A DNA stretch of 26,995 bases, taken from Candidatus Sericytochromatia bacterium. GTDB taxonomy: Bacteria > Cyanobacteriota > Sericytochromatia > S15B-MN24 > JAQBPE01. This document shows positions 16,074 through 25,600 of this stretch, in pieces. Location: contig JAYKHR010000063.1 in the NCBI GenBank assembly GCA_035285125.1, positions 1 through 26,995 on the forward strand, written 5' to 3'. A model generated the notes under the pieces. That model was not told where the DNA came from, did no database searches, and was given only the letters and a program-made list of their open reading frames with translations. The position numbers were made by a program, and so were the translations under genes. The number at the start of each line of letters is the position of its first letter. Positions within the stretch are counted from its first letter, which is position 1.

Positions 16074-18383
16074 TCAGTGGATGCGCCGGACGCAGTGGTT
16101 CTGCGTGTCCACGACGTGCACGTAGCCGAGCAGGTCCACCACGAGGCCCTGCGGCGCGCCGAACAGGGCAGCGGCCGTGGGGCCGTCGGCGTGGCCAGCC
16201 CGCGGGCTCAGCCTGTCGGCCCCGAGCGCCCCGGCGTAGGTCGTGACGGTGCCGTCCACCTCGAGGCGCCGGATCACGCTGTTGCCGCTGTCGGCGACGT
16301 AGACCCGGCCCGCCGCGTCGAGGCTCAGGTGGGCGGGGCCGTTGAAGCGGGCGTCCGCGCCGTCGCGGAAGCCCGGCTGGCCGCTGCGCCCCGCCAGCGT
16401 CCGCACCCTGGCCTCGCCCGCGGCGTTGCGCGTGACGAGCCGGATGGCGTGGTTGCCGAGCTCCGAGACGTAGATCCGCCCGAGGGCATCCACCGCGAGG
16501 CCGGCAGGGCGCGAAAACAGGCTGTCTCCCCCCGGGCCGTCCTTGAACCCGGCGCCCGGGCCGCCCGCCAGGGTCGTGACGGCTCCCTGCGTCGTCACCA
16601 GGCGCACGCGGTGGTTGTTCTGATCCGTCACGACGAGCAGGCCGTCCGGCCCGAGGGCGATCGCCGTGGGGCGGTCGAAGCGCGCCGCGTCGCCCTGCCC
16701 GTCCGCGAAGCCCGGGCGCCCGTTGCCCGCCAGCGAGGCGAGCCGGCCCCCCGGGGAGAGCTTGCGGATGGCGTGGTTCTCGGTGTCGGCGACGTAGACC
16801 GTGCCGTCGAGGTCCACCACCACGGCCCGGGGCCCCGAGAGCCGGCTGCTGCCCCGGCTGCCCTCGGCAAAGCCCGCCTGCCCCGCCTGGCCCGCCACCG
16901 TCGTGACGCGGCCGTCCGGCTCGAGGCGCCGCAGCGTGTGGTTGCCCGCGTCGGCCAGGTACAGGGCGCCGTCGCGGTCGTAGGCCACGCCGACGGGCTC
17001 GCGAAAGCGCGCGTCGCCGAGGCTGCCGTCGCGCTCGCCGGCGGTGGGCTGGCCGAACTCCGTCAGCACGAGCCGCTCCGGCCGCAGCACCCGCAGCGTG
17101 CGCTCGCCGGCGTCAGCGAGGTGCAGCGCGCCGTCGCCCCAGGCGAGGGCCCCCGCCGCCCCCACCCGCGCCAGCGCCACCGGGCCGTCGAGCGTGCCCG
17201 TCTGTCCGGTGCCCGCCACGACGGTGACGGTGCCCTCGGGGTCGATGCGGCGCAGCCGGCGGTTGCCGTCGTCGCCCACCCACAAGGCGCCGTCCGGCCC
17301 GAGCGCGAGCCCCGTGGGGGACGAGAAGCGGGCCTCCGCACCTGGCCCGTTGCGCAGCCCGGCCTCGCCCGGCTGCCCGGCGTAGGTCGTCACCCGGCCG
17401 GCAGCCGAGACACGCCGGATGCAGTGGTTGCCGGTGTCGCACACGAAGAGCTCGCCCGCCGCCGAGACCACGAGGCCCCGCGGCCCCGAGAAGCGGGCCT
17501 CGTCCGGGTCCCCGTCGGCGTGCCCGGCGCGCGCCGGCAGGCCCGCGACCGTCGTGACCACGCCCGCCGGGCTGACGCGGCGGACGCAGTGGTTGTCGGT
17601 GTCCGAGACGTACATGTTGCCGCCGCCGTCCAGCGCGAGGGCCGTGGGGTTGGCGAACAGCGCCGCCGCGCCGAGGCCGTCGAGGTGACCCGCCTGGCCC
17701 GCGCGGCCGGCCACCGTGGTGACGACTTGCACCCCGCCCCCGTTCGGGTGGGGGGCCAGCAGCCGGATGCAGTGGTTGCCGCTGTCGGCGATGAACAACC
17801 GCCCCCCGCCGGCCGCCGCGAGCCCCGTGGGCCCCTTGAAGCTGGCCTCGAGGTCCACGCCGTCGGCGTGCGTCGCCTGCCCGTCGCCCGCGAACCGCAC
17901 GCACCGCCGCACCCCACCTTCGAGGCGGCTGATGCGGATCAGGTGGGCGGCCGTGTCGGCGAGGTACACCGTGCCCCCCGCCACGGGGGCGAGCCCCCCG
18001 GGCGCGACGAGGCCCGCGTCGTCCCCCGTGAGGCGCGGCCCGTGCAGCGTGACGAGGTGCATGCCGAGGGTGGGCAGCTCGTAGTTGCGGGGGGCTGCGG
18101 GGCTCCCGCCAGGCCCGGGGCCGAGGCCCGGGGCGAAAGGCGACGGCAGGCCGCCCGAGGGCAGCAGGCCCTCGGGCGGCGCGAGCACGTCCGGCGGCGG
18201 CGTGATCGCCGGCCGCGGCGTGGGGTAGGCGGGGGGCCCGAACGAGGCCGGCGGCGGCGAGGGGCGCGGGCTCGGCGGGGGCTCCTCGGGCGCGGCGGCC
18301 GGCACCACGGAGGGGGCCGGCGCGCAGGCGGCGGCCAGCAGGAAGGCGAGAAGGGCGAGGCCGAGGGGGTGGCGATGGGTCAT
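16074..18383 (-). CDS. NHL-repeat beta-propeller lipoprotein
   Basis: LAAAC lipobox, Pro-rich linker, about 12 P.GLA....LYVAD..NH.IR repeats. Confidence 0.9.
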   Translation of the reverse strand: MTHRHPLGLALLAFLLAAACAPAPSVVPAAAPEEPPPSPRPSPPPASFGPPAYPTPRPAITPPPDVLAPPEGLLPSGGLPSPFAPGLGPGPGGSPAAPRNYELPTLGMHLVTLHGPRLTGDDAGLVAPGGLAPVAGGTVYLADTAAHLIRISRLEGGVRRCVRFAGDGQATHADGVDLEASFKGPTGLAAAGGGRLFIADSGNHCIRLLAPHPNGGGVQVVTTVAGRAGQAGHLDGLGAAALFANPTALALDGGGNMYVSDTDNHCVRRVSPAGVVTTVAGLPARAGHADGDPDEARFSGPRGLVVSAAGELFVCDTGNHCIRRVSAAGRVTTYAGQPGEAGLRNGPGAEARFSSPTGLALGPDGALWVGDDGNRRLRRIDPEGTVTVVAGTGQTGTLDGPVALARVGAAGALAWGDGALHLADAGERTLRVLRPERLVLTEFGQPTAGERDGSLGDARFREPVGVAYDRDGALYLADAGNHTLRRLEPDGRVTTVAGQAGQAGFAEGSRGSSRLSGPRAVVVDLDGTVYVADTENHAIRKLSPGGRLASLAGNGRPGFADGQGDAARFDRPTAIALGPDGLLVVTDQNNHRVRLVTTQGAVTTLAGGPGAGFKDGPGGDSLFSRPAGLAVDALGRIYVSELGNHAIRLVTRNAAGEARVRTLAGRSGQPGFRDGADARFNGPAHLSLDAAGRVYVADSGNSVIRRLEVDGTVTTYAGALGADRLSPRAGHADGPTAAALFGAPQGLVVDLLGYVHVVDTQNHCVRRIH

Positions 18384-18495
18384 GGGGCGGGCTGGGTCAG
18401 GGGCCTTGTACCCACGGGAGGGGGCATCCGCCCGGGCCTGGGCGCCGCCCGCGACGAGCCGGGGTGGCAGCCCTCCCGGGCCGCGCAGCCCACCC

Positions 18496-20754
18496 TCAGC
18501 CTGAGAGCTGGTCCGCCACGGGCAGGTCGCGCACCCGCCGCCCCGTCGCCGCGAACAGCGCGTTGACGAGGGCCGGCGCCACGGGCGGGATGCCGGCCTC
18601 GCCGACGCCGCCGGGCGGGTGGTCGGACGGCAGCAGCCAGGTGTGGATGGCGCGCGGGGCCGCGTCGAGGCGCACGGGCGGGTACTGGTGGAAGTTGGCC
18701 TGCTCGGCCTCGCCGCCCTTGAACGTGATGGCCCCGTGGAGCGCGTTGCTCAGGCCCATCACGACGGCCCCCTCGAGCTGGGCCCGCACGCGGTCGGGGT
18801 TGGCCACGAAGCCGCAGTCGAGGGCGACGTCGACGCGGGGGATGGCGATCGCGCCGTCCTTGACCCGCACGCGCATCACCACCGCCACGTAGCTCAGGAA
18901 GCTGCGCGCGACGGCCAGCCCCAGCCCCTCGCCCTTCGGCAGCTTGCGCCCCCACCCGGCCCGCTCGCACGCGGCCTCGATCACGGCCCGGACCCGCCCC
19001 GCATCCACGAGGTGCTCCCGCGCGTCGCCGTCGTAGTTCCAGCGCGGCGCCTCGAAGCGCCGGTCCGGCGGCAGCATCCCGAGCAGGAAGGCGCGGTGGT
19101 CGACGCCCGCGGCGTGCGCGACCTCGGCGAGGAAGGCGTTGATGGCGTAGGCGTGCTGGATGTTCGCCACCGCGCGGTACCAGCCGATGCGGGCGTGCGC
19201 CTCGGCGAGGGCCGCCTCGAGCCGCAGGTGCGGGATGTCGTAGGGGAGGTCGGCGAAGCCCATCGCGACCTCGAAGTCGGTGGGGCGGCCGAACACCACG
19301 TTCAGGGCCAGGTGGGGCAGGAACAGGGAGGCGATCGTGGGGAAGGCCGTGCGGTGCAGCAGGCCCGTCAGGCGGCCCTGGGCGTCGAGGGCGGCCGCGA
19401 GGCGCTGCGAGCTCGGGGCGTGGTAGTAGCCGTGGCGGAGGTCGTCCTCGCGCGTCCACTGCACGCGCACGGGGCGCCCCACGGCGCGGGAGACGAGGGC
19501 GGCCTCGGCGATGAAGTCGGGCTTCGACTTGCGCCCGAAGCCGCCGCCGAGCAGCGTCACGTGGACCCGCACCCGCTCGATGGGGAGGCCCAGCACGCCA
19601 GCCACGGTGTTGCGCGCCTCCTGGGGGTGCTGGCTCGGCGCCCAGACCTCGCAGCCGGCGTCCGTCACGTGGGCCGTGGCGACCATCGGCTCCATCGGCG
19701 CCTGGGCCAGCGCCGGCACGTGGTAGGCGGCCTCGACGACGCGCGCGGCTTGGGCCCGCGCGGCCTCCCAGTCGCCGCGCGCGAGCACCTCGCGGGCGGG
19801 CGCGGCGGCGAGGCCGTCGAGCGTCTGCCGGTAGGCCGCCGAGTCGTAGGTGGCGTGCGGCCCGCGGTCCCACGCCAGCACCAGCGCCTCGCGGCCCCTG
19901 AGGGCCGCCCACGTGGTGGTGGCGACGACGGCCACGCCGCCGAGGGGCACGAAGCCGGCGGGCTCCTTGCCGTCGGGCAGGCGCACGGTGGTGACGACGC
20001 CCGGCACGCGCCGCGCGGCGGTGTCATCCACCTTCACGAGCCGCCCGCCCAGCGCCGGCGGCCGGGCGATCACGGCGACGAGGCCGTCCGGCACGCGCAC
20101 GTCGGCGCCGAAGGTCGCCTGGCCGCGCACCATCGCGTCGAGGTCGAAGTGCGGCATGCCGGCCTTGCCGAGCACCCGCAGGTCACCAGGCGCCTTCACG
20201 CGGACCTCGCGGGGCAGGGGCTGGCGGAAGGCCTCGGCCGCGAGCTCCCCGTAGCCGAGCTGGCGGCCCGTGGGGCCGTGCACCACCTTGTGGGCCCGGG
20301 CGCCGACCTCGGAGACAGGCACGCCCCAGCGCCTGGCGGCGGCGGCCTCCAGCATCTGGCGGGCGGCGGCCCCCACCTCGCGCAGCCGGGCGAGGTCCAT
20401 CCGGATGCTGCGGGAGCCGTCCGTGTTCTGCGACCCATAGCGGGCCTCGTCCCCCTCGGCCTGCACCACCGTGACGCGCGACAGGTCGGCCTCGAGCTCG
20501 TCGGCGATGGCGGCGACCAGCGTGGAGCGGCTGCCCTGCCCCATCTCGGAGCGGGCCACGACGATGGTGGTGCGGCCGTCGGGGGCAATCGCCAGCCAGA
20601 CCAGCGGGTCATGCGGCAGCCGCGGCATGGGGCCCGTCGCCCCCGCCGTCTCGGCGTGGGCCGAGCGCCCCAGCGTGCCGAAGGCCAGCAGCAGGCCGCC
20701 GGCGGCAAGCCCCTTCAGGAAGCCCCGGCGCGAGACCTTGCGAACGCTCATCAT
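18496..20754 (-). CDS. xanthine dehydrogenase family molybdopterin-binding subunit (IorB-like), Tat-exported
   Basis: SRRGFLK twin-arginine signal, [22 protein letters not shown] coupling to the upstream 2Fe-2S gene. Confidence 0.92.
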   Translation of the reverse strand: MMSVRKVSRRGFLKGLAAGGLLLAFGTLGRSAHAETAGATGPMPRLPHDPLVWLAIAPDGRTTIVVARSEMGQGSRSTLVAAIADELEADLSRVTVVQAEGDEARYGSQNTDGSRSIRMDLARLREVGAAARQMLEAAAARRWGVPVSEVGARAHKVVHGPTGRQLGYGELAAEAFRQPLPREVRVKAPGDLRVLGKAGMPHFDLDAMVRGQATFGADVRVPDGLVAVIARPPALGGRLVKVDDTAARRVPGVVTTVRLPDGKEPAGFVPLGGVAVVATTTWAALRGREALVLAWDRGPHATYDSAAYRQTLDGLAAAPAREVLARGDWEAARAQAARVVEAAYHVPALAQAPMEPMVATAHVTDAGCEVWAPSQHPQEARNTVAGVLGLPIERVRVHVTLLGGGFGRKSKPDFIAEAALVSRAVGRPVRVQWTREDDLRHGYYHAPSSQRLAAALDAQGRLTGLLHRTAFPTIASLFLPHLALNVVFGRPTDFEVAMGFADLPYDIPHLRLEAALAEAHARIGWYRAVANIQHAYAINAFLAEVAHAAGVDHRAFLLGMLPPDRRFEAPRWNYDGDAREHLVDAGRVRAVIEAACERAGWGRKLPKGEGLGLAVARSFLSYVAVVMRVRVKDGAIAIPRVDVALDCGFVANPDRVRAQLEGAVVMGLSNALHGAITFKGGEAEQANFHQYPPVRLDAAPRAIHTWLLPSDHPPGGVGEAGIPPVAPALVNALFAATGRRVRDLPVADQLSG

Positions 20755-21221
20755 CGGGCCTCCTCCGGCTGGCGCGTGCGGCCGCAGGCCTGGTGAATCG
20801 CCTCCCGGATGCGCGGGTAGGTGCCGCAGCGGCACAGGTTGCCGCTCATGGCCTCGTCGACCTGGGCGTCCGTCGGCTGGGGGTGGGCCTTCAGGAGCCC
20901 GGCGGCCTGCATCAGCTGGCCCGGCTGGCAGTAGCCACACTGCGGCACCCGGCAGGCCCGCCAGGCCTCCTGCAGCGGGTGCCGGCCCTCGGGGTGCAGC
21001 CCCTCGATCGTCGTGACGCGCGCCTTGCCGAGCGTGCCCACGGGCGTGATGCAGCTGCGCACGGGCTGCCCGTCGACGTGCACGGTGCAGGCCCCGCACA
21101 GCCCCATCCCGCAGCCGAACTTGGTGCCCGTCAGCCCGAGCACGTCGCGCAGGGCCCACAGCAGGGGCATCTCGGGGTCGAGGTCGGCCACACGCCGCTG
21201 GCCGTTGATGTGCAGCTCCAT
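20751..21221 (-). CDS. (2Fe-2S)-binding subunit (IorA-like)
   Basis: [39 protein letters not shown]. Confidence 0.95.
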   Translation of the reverse strand: MELHINGQRRVADLDPEMPLLWALRDVLGLTGTKFGCGMGLCGACTVHVDGQPVRSCITPVGTLGKARVTTIEGLHPEGRHPLQEAWRACRVPQCGYCQPGQLMQAAGLLKAHPQPTDAQVDEAMSGNLCRCGTYPRIREAIHQACGRTRQPEEAR

Positions 21222-21321
21222 CCGGGGGCCTCCTAGCGAGGGGTGCATGTGGTCGTGGATACCCGGTGCGGGCGGGCGGGGCACGTGGGCGGCCCCACCT
21301 GATGGGCCCGGCGAGCCCGGC

Positions 21322-21348
21322 GTGGTAAGGTTGACAACACCTTGCCAC
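21322..21348. promoter_or_regulatory. imperfect palindrome, candidate operator
   Basis: GTGGTAAGGT-N7-ACCTTGCCAC (9/10 symmetric) overlapping a TTGACA between divergent genes. Confidence 0.5.
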
Positions 21349-21374
21349 CGACACCACAGGATTCACGTGAACCG

Positions 21375-22517
21375 ATGCTGACACCTGCGGGAAGTCCAAC
21401 GTGGGGCCGCCTGGCCCTGGCCGGGCTGGTCTGCGCAGCCGGGTTGGTGGGTGCGGCCGAGGGGCTGGTCTGGGCGGACGCGCTCTCCGGGGCGCGGGCC
21501 GACAGGCTGTTCCACGAGGCCTCCAGCTTCATCGGCCGCAGCGAAGGGCGCGAGGCAGAGGGTCACCTCACGGGTGAGTGGTCGCCGATCATCGCCTCCC
21601 ACCTCGCCGAGGCGTTTGTCGGCCACGCCCTCACACGCCCGGAGCACGCTGCGGAGGCCACCCGCCGCCTGGAGCAGCTGGCAGCGACCCTCACGGCCCC
21701 CCGGCACAACCCCTACAAGCGGCCGCTGGCGCAGGTGTCGGACCTGGGCCAGTGGGGCCTGTACCTGAGCCACCTGAACATCGTGCTGGGGGCCCACCGC
21801 CGCCTGACGGGGAGCGCGAGGTACGACGCGCTCAGCAGGCGCATCAGCCGGCGGCTCGCGGCCGTCTCGCTGCGGGAGCCCACGCGGATCCACCCGAGCT
21901 TCCCCGAGCTTTCACGCTGGCCCGCCGACCAGGCCGCCACGCTTTACAGCCTGTGGCTGTACGACCAGAACCACGGCACGGGGCTGTCCGAGCGGCCCAT
22001 CCGGGAGTGGCTCGCCGTGATGGCGCACGAGGGGAGGGAGCCCACGACGGGGCTGCACCTCAGTGAGCTGAGCCGCACCAAGTCGTACTGGCGTCACCCG
22101 CGGGGCTGCGCCCTCTCGTGGACGTGTCGCTACATGGCGCGCTTTGCCCCGGAGCCCGGGCTGCGCCTGTGGCGCGACTACAAGCGACACCACCAGCGGC
22201 AGTTCCTCCTCGCCACGGCCTTCAACGAGTATCCGCAAGGCGTCTCCGCGTCGATGGACGCGGACAGCGGCCCCCTGCTCGGCAGCATCGGCTCGGCGGC
22301 CACGGCCCTCGGGTGGGGGGCGGCGGCGGCCGTGGGCGACACGCCGACCTACCTGCAGCTGACGAGCGCCTTCGCCGTCGCCGACACCGTGCTGAAGGTC
22401 GCCCGGCACCTCGACCAGCGGGTCGACGCGGTGGCGTTCAGCCCGCTGGCCCTGTCCATCCGGTTCAGCTCGGCCACCCAGGTGCCGTGGTTCCCGAAGT
22501 GGCGTGAGGCTCGGTGA
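21375..22517 (+). CDS. exported hypothetical protein, possibly linalool dehydratase/isomerase-like (alpha/alpha)6 fold
   Basis: N-terminal hydrophobic segment; YLSHLN, WPAD..A..SL..YD, RG...SW, EYP.G....DADSGP motifs; family call from memory. Confidence 0.55.
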   Translation: MLTPAGSPTWGRLALAGLVCAAGLVGAAEGLVWADALSGARADRLFHEASSFIGRSEGREAEGHLTGEWSPIIASHLAEAFVGHALTRPEHAAEATRRLEQLAATLTAPRHNPYKRPLAQVSDLGQWGLYLSHLNIVLGAHRRLTGSARYDALSRRISRRLAAVSLREPTRIHPSFPELSRWPADQAATLYSLWLYDQNHGTGLSERPIREWLAVMAHEGREPTTGLHLSELSRTKSYWRHPRGCALSWTCRYMARFAPEPGLRLWRDYKRHHQRQFLLATAFNEYPQGVSASMDADSGPLLGSIGSAATALGWGAAAAVGDTPTYLQLTSAFAVADTVLKVARHLDQRVDAVAFSPLALSIRFSSATQVPWFPKWREAR

Positions 22518-22613
22518 GGCCACGACGGGTGCACGAACGAGGTCCTGGTGGCCACCCACCGCAGCCTAACATCCGGAGGCCTTCCTGGCGCCCCCCGAAA
22601 CACGAGCGTCACC

Positions 22614-25298
22614 CTAGTTGTTGTTCACGCTGATGCGGGTCGACATCCACAACGTCAGCGAGTTGTCCCACAGCTCCAGCGTGAGGTCCGTCGGCGAGGA
22701 CCAGTTCGTTTTCACCTCGAGCTTCTGGAAGCCCCCCTCCCACCAGGTGCCTCTCGCCTCCCAGTACCCGTACGTCGCCACCGCGTGGCACCCTCCCTCC
22801 AGGTTCGGGGTGTCCGTGAACACGACGATGGTCGGCCTGTTGTCTCGCAACCCAGTGCGGGTGTGCTTGAACACATCATAATTGCCAAACAGGCCAATCG
22901 TTTGCGAGCTGGTGGCGACACGCAGGCCCCGGGACCCTCGCCCCCACAGGGCGCCCTTGCCCACATCCCACAGGTTGGTCGCGCCGCCGCTGTCGGTGCA
23001 GTACGTCCCCATCAAATCGTTCAGGGACCGGATCATGGCGCGAGAGTTGTCGTTCAACACCCGGTTGGAGGCCGGCGTGCCCGCTATGGTGTCCCGCCCC
23101 TTCTGCTCCCAGTAGCCATAGATCTGGCCCCAGGCCGTGGGGGCGCAGCCCACGGCGCACCCCTGGTAAGTGAACTGGGCATAGTTCGGCATCCCCGTCA
23201 GGGTCGTTTCCCCGACGACATCGATGAGGTTCAACCGGTAGCGCGGTGGCTCCGCGGCGGGCGCGTCGTAGAGCTCCCAGGACGCCTTGATGGCCGCTGC
23301 CTGGTCGGGCCTCTCCACAAGCTCCCGGTTGCCGGCCCGGAAGGCCTTGTAGTCGAAGCCACCGACGCTCAGGGTGGCGTGGGCGCCGTCGGCCCTGTCC
23401 TCCAGGGCCCAGGAAAGGGCCGAGAACCGATGGAACACCGGGGCCTGGGGCGCCCGCTTGTGCACCGCCTGGAAGCGCTCCAGCAGGGCCGTCCGGTGCC
23501 CTGTGCCGGTCGCGCTCGACTCCGGCACCGGGACCATCTCGCGCGAGGTGTTGACCACGATGTGGCCAGCGGGCCCCTTCACGTCCGTCACCAGGAACTC
23601 GTAGGCCCCCGGTCCGTCCGAGAACCCATCCTGCAGGGCCAGCGGCGCGGCCTCACTCACGCGTGCGCTCGGCTGCCAGTAGCCGCCGCCTGAGTCCCTG
23701 CGCTGGGCCAGGAACCGCCCGGCCACCTCGCGCGCCCGGGTCACGTCGATGCGCGGCGTGGCGGGGTTGGGCCTGAAGAAGCGCAGGTTCCTGACCTCCC
23801 GCAGCGACCGGATGCCAGGGTCTGGTTCATCCATGTCGCCGAGTTGCTTGGAGAACGCCGCCTCATCCGTCGAGACTCCCGTCACGGGCGCGCCGCTCGG
23901 CTCGCCCCTCGCAGCCTCGCCCCCGGGAGGCGCCTGAGGCGCCAAGGGGCGGATCACCGGGAAGCCTGGCGCCCCCATCCGCTTTGCCAGCGCCACCTTG
24001 CCCACCTGCACCGAGAACCGGCGCGCGGCTCCCTGCGTCAGGCGATACCCTCCAGTCGTCCCGGTATCCAGCTCGAAGCCGGGAGAGTTGTCCACCAGCA
24101 CCGGGATGATCACGGGCTCATAGCCGCCCGCGGCGATCGTCAAGTTGTACTCCCCCGGCAAGATCCGATCCAGCGTGAATGCCCCCTTCGCATCCGCGTA
24201 CTGGGCCTCCGTGACGGGCGGATCCAGCTGGGCCACCGCACCATCAAGCGGGGCACCCTGTTCATCCACCACCGTGCCGCGCACCCGGCCAAAGTACGTC
24301 ACGTTACTCGTCAGCTTGGTCACGCCGAGCTCTTGGGCCACCCCGGGCACCACCGTCACGCTCCGACGAGGCATCAGCTGGTAAAACGGGCGGTACACCT
24401 GCATCGAGTACTCGCCAGCGGGCAGGTTCGTGAATGCGTACCCCCCCTGGTCATCCGTGATGGCCGTGAAGCGCTCCAGTCCAGCCTCGGACGCCCCCAA
24501 TGAGGGCCGAACCTTCGGATACAGCGACACCGAGGCACCAGCGATCGCCTGCCCCGCGCTGGTCTGCACCGCTCCCCGCAGGCCAGCCACGGAGGCCGCC
24601 TCGCGCTCCAGCACCACCGCCGCCTCCAGCATCGCTGGACGGCCCGCGCGAACCTCCACACCCTTCACCACCTGACGCCTGTAGCCAGGCCGCGAGACCA
24701 CCACGTTCCACGTGCCCTCGGCCACGTTCGTCAGCGCAAAACGACCGCTTGGCCCAGCCTTGCCCACGACCGAAGTGCCCCCGCTGAGGAACACATCCAC
24801 GCCCTCAGGCGTCTCGCCGGCCGGGGCATCCTTCAGCTCGACCAGGCCCTGGATGCTACCCGTGCGGCGCGTCACCAGGCTCGCCGCATCCACGGTCGGC
24901 GGGTCCTGAGCCAGCGGCACGCTCACCGGCGTCGGCGCCACCACACGCGTCAGCCCACCCCGGCCATCCGACACCGTCGCCTCCAGCGTGTACTCGTAGC
25001 CACCGGGCACCTCCAGCAGGTAGCCCCCGTCCGGCCCCACGGGGCCTTCCACCGTGGCGCCAGGGCTGCGCGCCGTCACCCGCCCCCCTGCGACAGGGGC
25101 CTGAGACAGCCGGTACCCCGCCGTGAGGTCGCCCGTGTCCACCCTCACCACACCGCGTATCACGCCCATTCCTGCCGCAGGGCGCGCCACCGCGTTGGCA
25201 GGCAGAGTGGCCTCAGGCGGTGGCGGCGCAACCTGGCACCCCACCACCACACAAGCCAGCCCAAGCACCAAGGGATGCCCCCAACCGGGTTTCCTCAT
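22614..25298 (-). CDS. lipoprotein with carboxypeptidase-regulatory-like beta-sandwich repeats and C-terminal papain-like (C10/C39-like) cysteine peptidase
   Basis: VVGC lipobox; repeated G.V....G..L.GA.V / G.Y.F..LP.G.Y; GCAPTAW.QI..YW, CHAV..YGY and TNW give a Cys-His-Asn triad; GAGGAGG RBS. Confidence 0.8.
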   Translation of the reverse strand: MRKPGWGHPLVLGLACVVVGCQVAPPPPEATLPANAVARPAAGMGVIRGVVRVDTGDLTAGYRLSQAPVAGGRVTARSPGATVEGPVGPDGGYLLEVPGGYEYTLEATVSDGRGGLTRVVAPTPVSVPLAQDPPTVDAASLVTRRTGSIQGLVELKDAPAGETPEGVDVFLSGGTSVVGKAGPSGRFALTNVAEGTWNVVVSRPGYRRQVVKGVEVRAGRPAMLEAAVVLEREAASVAGLRGAVQTSAGQAIAGASVSLYPKVRPSLGASEAGLERFTAITDDQGGYAFTNLPAGEYSMQVYRPFYQLMPRRSVTVVPGVAQELGVTKLTSNVTYFGRVRGTVVDEQGAPLDGAVAQLDPPVTEAQYADAKGAFTLDRILPGEYNLTIAAGGYEPVIIPVLVDNSPGFELDTGTTGGYRLTQGAARRFSVQVGKVALAKRMGAPGFPVIRPLAPQAPPGGEAARGEPSGAPVTGVSTDEAAFSKQLGDMDEPDPGIRSLREVRNLRFFRPNPATPRIDVTRAREVAGRFLAQRRDSGGGYWQPSARVSEAAPLALQDGFSDGPGAYEFLVTDVKGPAGHIVVNTSREMVPVPESSATGTGHRTALLERFQAVHKRAPQAPVFHRFSALSWALEDRADGAHATLSVGGFDYKAFRAGNRELVERPDQAAAIKASWELYDAPAAEPPRYRLNLIDVVGETTLTGMPNYAQFTYQGCAVGCAPTAWGQIYGYWEQKGRDTIAGTPASNRVLNDNSRAMIRSLNDLMGTYCTDSGGATNLWDVGKGALWGRGSRGLRVATSSQTIGLFGNYDVFKHTRTGLRDNRPTIVVFTDTPNLEGGCHAVATYGYWEARGTWWEGGFQKLEVKTNWSSPTDLTLELWDNSLTLWMSTRISVNNN

Positions 25299-25375
25299 CG
25301 GACGTCATCCTCCTCGAGGCGCTCCCCTGAACGCCGAGCGCGCTGGCATCAGCATACCCGACGGCAAGAGACAAC

Positions 25376-25526
25376 CGGCCCAACGCCACCCGTCGAGGGC
25401 TTCAGCGGGCGCTGCCGGGAGGAAGGGCTGAGCGCCAACTGGTGGCTGTCGCTGGCCGACGCCCGCGAGAAGATCACCGCATGGCGGGAAGAATGGTACG
25501 GGAGGCGGCCTCACTTTGCCCCCATC
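25376..25526 (+). mobile_element. IS3-family transposase (integrase core C-terminus) remnant
   Basis: VEGFSGRCREEGLSANWWLSLADAREKITAWREEWYGRRPH matches the ESFNGR.R.ECL...WF.SL..A...I..WR..YN..RPH pattern; frameshifted, no IRs seen. Confidence 0.8.
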
Positions 25527-25600
25527 GCGGCTCGACCTTCTCGACCCCAGTGCCGGATGCCTGGCTCCCCCAGGCTTGCCATTGCCAAAGGATCACCCAG

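Noticed and set aside
20755..21399. 967-aa version of the molybdopterin subunit
   Set aside because: Extension overlaps the 2Fe-2S gene out of frame; Tat signal and ATGA coupling fix the start at 20754
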